Virus record (IMG/VR): IMGVR_UViG_3300042821_000020
Coordinates: 1-27,737 of that record
DNA from: a virus
Taxonomy: Duplodnaviria; Caudoviricetes
DNA: 27,737 bases
Strand: one strand, 5' to 3'
The notes under the pieces were generated by a model that saw only the letters and a list, made by a program, of their open reading frames with translations, ran no database searches and had not been told where the DNA came from. This document shows, one piece after another, positions 1 to 6,917 of this stretch. A program made the position numbers and the translations under genes. Numbering within the stretch: the first letter of the stretch is position 1; each line of letters starts with the position of its first letter.

Positions 1-699
1 GCGACCGAACCTGCCGGCCCGGTAGTAGTGCGGTCGGTCGAGCCAGCAGTCGCAGTCCGTGCTGATGGGCTTGCGCACGTACTCGCCGCCCTGCTGTGCC
101 TCAGCCGGCCATTCGGTACTGCCCTCGCCGAACAGCCGGCTCGACCGATACCAGGCGTCGCGAGTCGTGCCGTTGTACACGATCTGGTTGTGCTGCACGC
201 CGGCCTGTGCGCCTGCGAATATCTTCACGCCAGCGGCCCTGTACTCGTGCTCGAATGGCTTCATGCAAAAGGCTGGCACCGGCGCGGTGTTGATGACGGC
301 ATCGTAGCTGTCCAGAATGTCCGGCAGGTCATGCAGCGGAGACACCAGGTGCTCGATGATGTCGTCCTGGACAATGTTGAGCAGGTCGCGATAGATGTTC
401 GTCATGTTCCAGGCCCGCACCGGCTCGCCGTACTCGCCCCAACTCGACGCGACCTCCGAGCCTGGCCCGTAGACCTTCGCCCGGTAGTGCTCCTCCTCAC
501 CCCATTTCGCAATGTGGATGTAGGCGTCGGCGAAGGTCGGCGTCAGGCCCGGGATGCTCTGTTGGAGCACCTGTGCGCCCGGGAACCTCTGGCGCACAGT
601 GTCGGTGAAGATCGCGACCCGGCACTCGGCCAGCCTTGCCCCGTACGCGGCGAGCAGGCCCGCAGGCCCGCCACCGATCACTGCGACGTTTGGTGTCAC
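1..699 (-). CDS. FAD-dependent oxidoreductase (Rossmann fold; UDP-galactopyranose mutase/HemY-like); 3' end runs off the window
   Basis: My translation from GTG at 699, which overlaps the primase TGA (GTGA): MTPNVAVIGGGPAGLLAAYGARLAECRVAIF (GxGxxG), then VINTAP, VYNG..WYRSSRLFG, KPISTDCDC and YRAGRFGR. The frame is open to position 1. Absent from the ORF track. Confidence 0.85.
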   Translation of the reverse strand, partial: MTPNVAVIGGGPAGLLAAYGARLAECRVAIFTDTVRQRFPGAQVLQQSIPGLTPTFADAYIHIAKWGEEEHYRAKVYGPGSEVASSWGEYGEPVRAWNMTNIYRDLLNIVQDDIIEHLVSPLHDLPDILDSYDAVINTAPVPAFCMKPFEHEYRAAGVKIFAGAQAGVQHNQIVYNGTTRDAWYRSSRLFGEGSTEWPAEAQQGGEYVRKPISTDCDCWLDRPHYYRAGRFGR

Positions 700-3600
700 T
701 CTGCCTCCTTCAGTGCTTCGCCAAGCGCCTCGCGAAACTCTGGTATCATCACGAGGTTGCGCGACGAACCGTCCTTGTCACTGACCATGATGTTCTGCTG
801 AACGAAGCCAAGGATCAGGTGCTCGATCTCCTTGTATGCACTCCATCTCAGGTTCTGGCTGTCGATCTTGAAATCAACCTTGTTCCATTGCCTGACGAAT
901 GCGGCTGCCGCCCTCCGCTCCCCGTCCGAGGCGTGCTTGGTGTTGAGCAGGAGACGGACTGCCTGCCGGATCGCCTTCTGGATGTCCTCGTACTCTCGAC
1001 GCCGCTCCCGCATGAGCGGAGCGTACCCGCTCTCCTCGTTGACCATGTCGAGGAATGCCTTGGCAGTTTCGAGATGTGTCTTGGTAACCCGCACCTTCTC
1101 CGACGTGTCATCGAAACTCATGGAGTAGACTGCGAAGCACTGCGACAGCTTCTGGAGCGTGAGTCGTACGGTCTGCGGGTGCATGACCTTGATATGGTCA
1201 TGCTGCTGCGAGTATAGCTCCGCGTACTCGTCGCAATACTTGTCCAGCAGTGTGACGTACGCCCCGCCCCTGGGAATGATGATGTTCTCGGGCTTGATCG
1301 TGCGGGCAACTGCTGCCAGCCAGTGCCGCTGCTCGGTCGGCATGTACGGCCGCTCATTGCCAATGCCGTCTTCCTGCGCCTGCTGCTGCTCCTCGCGACT
1401 CACGTCCGGCACGGTCACGACCATGTCAGTGCGGGCGCGCGCCTCGGGCTCCGAGTAAGTGAGGAGGATCGCCTCGACCAGACGGTTCTTCATCTCCGAC
1501 GGCGGGTTCATGATGGCCGCGAACCGAACCTCGGCTGGAAAACGTCCGCTGATACTCTTGCGCACGTCAACGACGCCAGACGATCGCACACTGTTCAACT
1601 CACTCATGGCCGACGGCAGCTTGCGTGCCAACTCCTGCTGCTCGTCAAGGAACACGTACCCGCCGTGATTGCGCGGGAACACGCCTGGCTTGAGGTACTG
1701 CCTCGTTCCGATCTTGGTAACTGCCGCTGTCAGTCCAACCGACGTTGCGTTCTCGCCGGAGACGGTCGAATCTTCCAGATCGAGCCCGTCATGTCCGAAG
1801 GCTTTGGCAATCTCGCGTACGGTTGTCGTCTTGCCGGTGCGCGTTGCGCCGACGATCGCCAGATCGAGCCGGCCCGATTCGATCCGCTTGTGCTCGCCAA
1901 CGGCGAGGCTCTGCGCGCTCATGAACAACATTGCCATCGCTGCGTGCAGGAGCGGCTGCCCGTAGATGCCGGTGTGCTTCAGTGCCAGCATCTCTACCGT
2001 GTCGAGAACCCAGTGCAACAACGTGTCGGCATCGTATCCCTCTGGCGGGTAGATGCAGTTGTCAGGCTTGGTTAGTTGCTTCGGCGCCGGCTCCTTTGCA
2101 TCGATGACCAGAATCGTCTTCGTCTGTTCTTTGGCCGACACTGACACTCGGCCGATCATCTCGTACACACCCAGCTGATTGATCTGGAGGTTCTCGTTCT
2201 CGTACACGCAACACAGCATGGTGGCCGCATTGTGTCCGCGCTCGCGGACGACCATGTGCTGATAGCTTGTGGTGTGCTCAACCTCGGACTGCGCGAACGG
2301 ACAGATTGGCGGATCGAGGTGCTTGTGAATCCGCTCGATCCTCGCGTCCAGCTCGCGGCCGAACAGGTCGTCGATGATCTTGGTGTCCTGCACGACCGAC
2401 AGCGACCACTCACGCGGCGGCTCGTCACCGTCACTGTTTGGACAGGATGCGCAGCGCGGCGAGTCCAGAGTCGAACGCTTCTTCTTGCAGCCGACCACCT
2501 TGCCCTTGCGCGGGAAGGCTGCCATGCCTTCGATCAGGCTCAGGACTTCGATGTTGGATACGGAGATCAGCTGGTTCTCGTACTCGGGCCGAGTGAGGGC
2601 AGCATGCAACGATTCGCACGATCGCGCTAGCGGCAATCCTAGCCGGGGGTCGCCCGTCCCCCGTACTACCCTACCCGGGCGCCTAGCCTCCCGCGTAGCG
2701 GTGCTAGCTGGGGCTCCCTGCCGCTTCGCGCCGCTAGGGGATGCCCCGTCCCCGGGCGATTGCGAACGCTCGTTCCCGGAACGTCCGTTCCCCTCCGTCA
2801 TCAGGTCGAGCAGTTGGCGTTCTGCCTCATCAGATCGTCCGCTCCTTTCCTGCCAATAATCCGTCAGATCCTTGCCGCCATCCGCCGTCACAGGGTACGG
2901 CAGAAGCACGTCCTTGGCAGGGAGCAGACGGGCGAGGTGCTGCGCAGCCTTGCGACCAGGCTCATCGCAGTCAAAGATGGTGTAGACCTCGTCGGCGTTC
3001 GCGAGGATACGCTTGATGGCCGGGTTGCTGTCCTGTAGCCGACGGATCGCACCCGTACCGTTGGTGAAAGTTCTGACGGTGTAGCCGTACTTCTCCAGAT
3101 GTTGCATCGTCGAGTAGCAGTCCCATTCGCCCTCGACAATCACGAGCTTGGCTTGCGCCGGAATATTGTTGTCCGGGAAAAGGCCGATCGATCCATAGCC
3201 GGTGTGATTGAGGATCTTGGGTTGCCTCGTCCGGCTGTAGTACCTCACGTTCACCAACGCGCCGTCGTACCACATCGGCAGGACGTACTCGCCGTCCTGG
3301 TTCCGTAGCCGATAGCCGATCTTGAACCTCTCGATGGTCTTCGGGTAGATGCCTCGTTCGGTCACGAGATATTCGAGAGGTTGGGCGAACCTTTCTAGCA
3401 GCTTCTTCGATCCTGCCGCCAGATCACGTTCGCGCGGCAGGCTCTCTACCGGCAGCGGCCGGCTCGCGGTGCTCGGCTCCCACTCTGGATCCTCACCGAT
3501 GATCCGGTTGTAGTCGGGCGGCTTCCATTCTGCCTGACGCTTGATGAGTTGGCCGATCGTACCGCCTTCGCCGCACGCCTGACACCGCCACCAACTCGTG

Positions 3601-3779
3601 TAGACGTTGACGCCGGCCGACGGATTCGCGTCGCCGTGAATCGGGCAGTGCATCTTGATCCACCCGTCCGGATTGGCCACGGTCGAGGCGAAGTACGGTG
3701 CCAGAATGCTCCGCTCCTCGCCCGTCATGGACAAGTCCGATAGGTCGATCCTGATCTTCGACTTCTTAGGTTTGTCCAT
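696..3779 (-). CDS. DNA primase-helicase fusion: CHC2 Zn finger + TOPRIM (DnaG-type) + Cys-rich segment + MCM-like AAA+ helicase
   Basis: CPIHGD..PS..WRCQAC Zn ribbon; TOPRIM motifs IVEGEWD, FDCDEPG, KDLTDY; Walker A GATRTGKTT; SVGLTA; PG..NHGGYVFLDE; MNP; ARTD arginine finger. Start moved to ATG 3779 because GGAGG lies just upstream. Confidence 0.88.
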   Translation of the reverse strand: MDKPKKSKIRIDLSDLSMTGEERSILAPYFASTVANPDGWIKMHCPIHGDANPSAGVNVYTSWWRCQACGEGGTIGQLIKRQAEWKPPDYNRIIGEDPEWEPSTASRPLPVESLPRERDLAAGSKKLLERFAQPLEYLVTERGIYPKTIERFKIGYRLRNQDGEYVLPMWYDGALVNVRYYSRTRQPKILNHTGYGSIGLFPDNNIPAQAKLVIVEGEWDCYSTMQHLEKYGYTVRTFTNGTGAIRRLQDSNPAIKRILANADEVYTIFDCDEPGRKAAQHLARLLPAKDVLLPYPVTADGGKDLTDYWQERSGRSDEAERQLLDLMTEGNGRSGNERSQSPGDGASPSGAKRQGAPASTATREARRPGRVVRGTGDPRLGLPLARSCESLHAALTRPEYENQLISVSNIEVLSLIEGMAAFPRKGKVVGCKKKRSTLDSPRCASCPNSDGDEPPREWSLSVVQDTKIIDDLFGRELDARIERIHKHLDPPICPFAQSEVEHTTSYQHMVVRERGHNAATMLCCVYENENLQINQLGVYEMIGRVSVSAKEQTKTILVIDAKEPAPKQLTKPDNCIYPPEGYDADTLLHWVLDTVEMLALKHTGIYGQPLLHAAMAMLFMSAQSLAVGEHKRIESGRLDLAIVGATRTGKTTTVREIAKAFGHDGLDLEDSTVSGENATSVGLTAAVTKIGTRQYLKPGVFPRNHGGYVFLDEQQELARKLPSAMSELNSVRSSGVVDVRKSISGRFPAEVRFAAIMNPPSEMKNRLVEAILLTYSEPEARARTDMVVTVPDVSREEQQQAQEDGIGNERPYMPTEQRHWLAAVARTIKPENIIIPRGGAYVTLLDKYCDEYAELYSQQHDHIKVMHPQTVRLTLQKLSQCFAVYSMSFDDTSEKVRVTKTHLETAKAFLDMVNEESGYAPLMRERRREYEDIQKAIRQAVRLLLNTKHASDGERRAAAAFVRQWNKVDFKIDSQNLRWSAYKEIEHLILGFVQQNIMVSDKDGSSRNLVMIPEFREALGEALKEAE
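2632..2690. repeat. Dispersed element in the primase-helicase linker, shared with 6729-6812
   Basis: 2645-2665 GGGGGTCGCCCGTCCCCCGTA matches 6729-6749 at 20/21 (direct). 2632-2650 GGCAATCCTAGCCGGGGGT matches the reverse complement of 6794-6812 at 18/19. Confidence 0.8.
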
Positions 3780-3795
3780 ATTGCCTCCCGACAAG

Positions 3796-3829
3796 CGGGG
3801 CGGGCTCCCAAGGGAAGGAGCCCGCCCCG
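3796..3829 (-). terminator. 13-bp GC stem-loop (terminator/attenuator-like) between the SSB-like gene and the primase-helicase
   Basis: CGGGGCGGGCTCC-N8-GGAGCCCGCCCCG perfect inverted repeat, followed on the minus strand by only a weak CTTGT tract and then the primase RBS. Confidence 0.6.
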
Positions 3830-3842
3830 TCTTCGGCGAGAA

Positions 3843-4700
3843 CTAGGCCAGCGGGTCTTCGGCCGCCGCGTCGTCCTCGTTGAGCGCGTCGATCATCGCC
3901 TTGCGCTTGGCCCGCTCGTTCTTCGGGAGCGTGACCTGGAGCTTGCGGACCTTGATCTCGTCCTCCAGCTCCTGCGTCGTCCAGTCCGGGTAGTCCGGAA
4001 CGTCGTCGCCCTCGGCCTCGTCAGTGGCCTCGTCCTCGTCGGCCTCCTCCTCGTCCTCCTCGGGCTCGGGCTCGGCGACCTTGGCACCGCGCCGGGTCTT
4101 CGCGGCGGGGGCGGCGGCCTTGGCCTTCGTCGAGCGGCGGGACTTGGCCGGGGCCGGCTCGGGCTCCTCGTCCTCCTCCTCGTCCTCGTCGTTGGCCTCG
4201 TCCTCCTCCTCGTCCTCGTCCTCCGCGACGGCGTCCAGCTCGTCGTCGTCCTCCAGCTCCTCGTCGTCCTCCTCCGGCTCGTCGGTGTCGGCGTCGAGGG
4301 GCAGCCAGGTGTCGAGCTTCAGCCGATCCTGGTTGTTGTACTGCTCGACCTTGCCCTTGAACTGGAAGGGCTCCTCCGGCGGGTTGTCGGTGTCGAGCGT
4401 GACCTTGGCCGTGCCGTACAGTGCGATGAGCATCTGCACGACCTTCCACGCCATCGGCGACTCCTTCGACCAGGTCTTCGTGCCCTTGTCGTAGGGGAAG
4501 TACGACCAGAGGCGGTAGCCGTTGTACCGCTCGTCGTCCGCGTTGACGATCTCGGAGATGATGACCAGCCGGGGGTCCTTCCCGTTGGCCGGCTTGTCGT
4601 CGATCATCTCGACGACCATCGCCTCGTAGATGCCATCCGGAGGGCAGGGCCGCTCGGTGCCGGGATCGACACCCTCCAGATTTGCCTTCAGCTTCGCCAT
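3843..4700 (-). CDS. Putative ssDNA-binding protein (DUF669-like OB fold) with long acidic tract and C-terminal HeH/SAP/Rho-N-like helical module
   Basis: N-terminal PPDGIYEAMV..YNGYRLW pattern; lies directly downstream of a Sak4-like ATPase; D/E-rich middle; C-terminal YPDWTTQELEDEIKVRKL..KAMIDAL. Confidence 0.65.
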   Translation of the reverse strand: MAKLKANLEGVDPGTERPCPPDGIYEAMVVEMIDDKPANGKDPRLVIISEIVNADDERYNGYRLWSYFPYDKGTKTWSKESPMAWKVVQMLIALYGTAKVTLDTDNPPEEPFQFKGKVEQYNNQDRLKLDTWLPLDADTDEPEEDDEELEDDDELDAVAEDEDEEEDEANDEDEEEDEEPEPAPAKSRRSTKAKAAAPAAKTRRGAKVAEPEPEEDEEEADEDEATDEAEGDDVPDYPDWTTQELEDEIKVRKLQVTLPKNERAKRKAMIDALNEDDAAAEDPLA

Positions 4701-4703
4701 TGC

Positions 4704-5606
4704 CTAGCCTTTCCGCCCGTCGTCGGGCCGTCCGTTTGACGATCGCGCCCGGGGCGTTCCCGCACGCCTAGATACCGTAGCAGGTTTCGCCCCGTTTGCA
4801 AGTGTGCCGGATTGCACTGCGCGCTCCGCGTTCACGCGGTCGATCACGCCAATGATCTTCGGCATCGACGGGTTCAACATCTTCCCGCCAAACGCGCCGA
4901 GGTACTGATCCTTGGCGTAATACTTCTCTTGGAGGTCAGTGTACATGATGCGGTATTGGTCACCCTTCTTGTACGTCTCACCATCCTTCTGTCGGGTCTG
5001 CACTGCCAGGCGGCCGACCAGGTTCATGTAGCCGCATATCTTCTGCGGCATGGCCTTGCCCTGCACCCAGGGCATCCACAGTGGCCGCCCGTTCTCGTCC
5101 TCGTCCTTGAACGCCCAGGCGGTGACGCCAACGTTCACGGTGTCGAGGGAAACCATGCCGCGCACCCACTCCGTCAGGCGGCTCATGTTCTTCCAGTATT
5201 CGAGCCGATCCAGCTGCGTGTTCTTGCGGTGCGGATTGGCTGCGATCAACTCCTCCCAGATGTCATCGAGGCCGAAGTCCTGGAAGGCACTGATCGAGTC
5301 CAGCCACACCCAATCGAAGTGCTCTGGCCCCTCGTCGTGACGGAAGTAGTTCGCGACATCGGTGATGTCGTTCCAACCGCGAACGACCCACTCCTTCGCC
5401 TCGCTGCCAATCGGCACGCCGACGGTGTGGTCGGTCGGGGGCCGCACGATCAGGCAGCGCGGGCTCGTCGCTGCCAGCACGGTCTTGCCGCAGCCCGGAT
5501 GCCCGTAGACCAGCATCGCGATGTTGCGGCGTGCGCCGATTGGTTGAATCTGCGCAGGCAGCCCGGAGCGCGGCCCCGTCCTACCTCTGGAACGTGCAGG
5601 ACTCAT
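4704..5606 (-). CDS. AAA_24 / Sak4-like recombinase ATPase
   Basis: MLVYGHPGCGKT Walker A, VWLDSIS Walker B and a C-terminal YAKD motif; sits between the exonuclease and the SSB-like gene. Confidence 0.8.
   Translation of the reverse strand: MSPARSRGRTGPRSGLPAQIQPIGARRNIAMLVYGHPGCGKTVLAATSPRCLIVRPPTDHTVGVPIGSEAKEWVVRGWNDITDVANYFRHDEGPEHFDWVWLDSISAFQDFGLDDIWEELIAANPHRKNTQLDRLEYWKNMSRLTEWVRGMVSLDTVNVGVTAWAFKDEDENGRPLWMPWVQGKAMPQKICGYMNLVGRLAVQTRQKDGETYKKGDQYRIMYTDLQEKYYAKDQYLGAFGGKMLNPSMPKIIGVIDRVNAERAVQSGTLANGAKPATVSRRAGTPRARSSNGRPDDGRKG
4774..4801 (-). promoter_or_regulatory. Possible internal sigma70-type promoter for the SSB-like gene
   Basis: TTGCAA-N16-TACGGT with extended -10 (TGC-TACGGT), inside the low-complexity 3' end of the ATPase gene. 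Confidence 0.4.
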
Positions 5607-6667
5607 TGGGTTTCCTCTGCGTAGACGACGTGCGCGTCGTAGGGGCTCCAGGTCTTGTACATGAGCCGGATGAACTCTTGGTAGTCCTCACCGATCTCGT
5701 GTAGCTCGCACGGGTCGCGGTAGGCGCAGAAGCCGCACGAGAACCGATCTGGTGTCTTCAGGATCGGCACTTCGCCTTCGCGTGCCAGTTGCATCTCGAT
5801 GAACTGATCGATGGCCCGGTTCATGACCTGCTCGCGGCAGTTGTCATTCCGGTACACCGGCTCGCGATGGTAGCGCACCGACGGCTGCCGCATGGACACG
5901 CTGCCGTCCTTGTTCAGCGCGCGCCCCTCGGCATCGGTCGGTCGCTCGTCTGGCATCTTCTTGACCAGGAAGTTGAACAGCAGCGTACTGATGGATGCGT
6001 CGTCGCGCAGCAGCCCGTCGCGCTTCATGGCATCGACGCCGAAGGTGTAGTAGGCATTGGCCTGCTCATCGAGGCGCAGATACGACGTATCCAGCTGCGC
6101 TGCCGTCTTGTAGTCGTTGAGCAGCAGTGGCTTGCGCTTGTCGCCCCGGTCGCGCCAGATGCCGTCGAAGGTGCCGACGTAGTAGGCGATGACCTTGCCG
6201 TCCTCGTCCAGCACCGGGCTCTTGAAGCTGTACTCCGAGGCCAGCACCTCGTACCGCTTGTCATGCTCATGGTACAGATCGTAGTACCCGTTGAGCATGG
6301 CTTGCCCGAGGGCGAGGCCGTCCGTCCAGTCGCCCTTCGCGTCCTCGTCGTCCAGGGCCTCGCCGCGTGCCCCGAGACCAATGCCGCCGTCAGCGAGGTG
6401 CTTGGCATACAGCGCCTCAAAGGTGATGGCCGGGTGAGGGCCGCGCTTCCTGCCAGGGGGCATGTACAGTTCAAGCGCCTTGTGGACGAGCGTGCCGAAG
6501 GCCAATGCCTTGCGCTCGTCCTTGGGCTTCAGGCGCTCGACATACTCCCACCACCAAGCTTGCCGGCATCGCAGGTACGATCGCCGTTCGCTGGTGCGGA
6601 GCATCGGCAGGCGTTTGCCTGGCCTGCGCGCAGCCCTGTTCCCATCTGTTTCCGACATACTTGGCAC
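5603..6667 (-). CDS. PD-(D/E)XK exonuclease, RecB/AddB/Cas4-like, probably with a 4Fe-4S cluster
   Basis: N-terminal YLRCRQAW and FGTLVHKALE; catalytic GTFDG..NDYKT..Q..YY; C-terminal CGFCAYRDPC (1+3 Cys). GAAGGAG RBS precedes the GTG start. Confidence 0.88.
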   Translation of the reverse strand: MPSMSETDGNRAARRPGKRLPMLRTSERRSYLRCRQAWWWEYVERLKPKDERKALAFGTLVHKALELYMPPGRKRGPHPAITFEALYAKHLADGGIGLGARGEALDDEDAKGDWTDGLALGQAMLNGYYDLYHEHDKRYEVLASEYSFKSPVLDEDGKVIAYYVGTFDGIWRDRGDKRKPLLLNDYKTAAQLDTSYLRLDEQANAYYTFGVDAMKRDGLLRDDASISTLLFNFLVKKMPDERPTDAEGRALNKDGSVSMRQPSVRYHREPVYRNDNCREQVMNRAIDQFIEMQLAREGEVPILKTPDRFSCGFCAYRDPCELHEIGEDYQEFIRLMYKTWSPYDAHVVYAEETQ

Positions 6668-6728
6668 TTGTTCTCCTTCGGTCTGCGCGTCCGCAGTACC
6701 GCCGTCCGTTCTTTGCCGATGCCCGGCA

Positions 6729-6812
6729 GGGGGTCGCCCGTGCCCCGTAGGGTGAGGCTACAGTGCGAGGGTAGATTAGTCAACCCGGATCATACCCCCG
6801 GCTAGGATCGCC
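6729..6812. repeat. Second copy of the primase-linker element, flanking a promoter
   Basis: 21-mer at 6729-6749 (direct) and 19-mer at 6794-6812 (inverted) relative to 2632-2665. Confidence 0.8.
6755..6783 (-). promoter_or_regulatory. Sigma70/SigA-type promoter of the exonuclease-ATPase-SSB-primase operon
   Basis: TTGACT-N17-TAGCCT in the intergenic region, about 90 nt upstream of the exonuclease start. Confidence 0.65.
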
Positions 6813-6833
6813 CCGCACGGTGCGGGATTGCGG

Positions 6834-6896
6834 GCACGATCCGGGCGCCTGTATCAACCGCCGATCACTCGGCTTGACACGAGGCGCCCGGTGTGC
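6834..6896 (-). other. Long RNA hairpin with GUGA (GNRA) tetraloop downstream of the SNF2 helicase gene
   Basis: Minus strand CCGGGCGCCT-C-GTGTCAA-GCCGA-GTGA-TCGGC-GG-TTGATAC-AGGCGCCCGG: about 22 bp including a G-U pair that forms only on the minus strand. Confidence 0.65.
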
Positions 6897-6917
6897 ATTT
6901 CCAAATACGAGCCGAGT

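Noticed and set aside
2600-2810. Intein or intron in the primase-helicase
   Set aside because: The frame stays open, the segment is short, and I see no intein C/S..HN-C/S/T ends or homing endonuclease motifs.
3990-4290. TCG/TCC trinucleotide-like repeats as a tandem array
   Set aside because: Fully explained by Asp/Glu codons of the acidic tract.
5603-6667. Cas4-like nuclease as evidence of a CRISPR-Cas system
   Set aside because: No repeat-spacer array or other cas genes are present. The context (Sak4, SSB) is a standard phage recombination module.
6874-6902. Plus-strand TTGACA as an antisense promoter
   Set aside because: No TAnnnT at 16-18 nt spacing, and the hexamer is explained as part of the hairpin stem.
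6668-6917. tRNA or known riboswitch
   Set aside because: No cloverleaf, T-loop or aptamer consensus that I can recognise. Kept only as an unassigned structured region.
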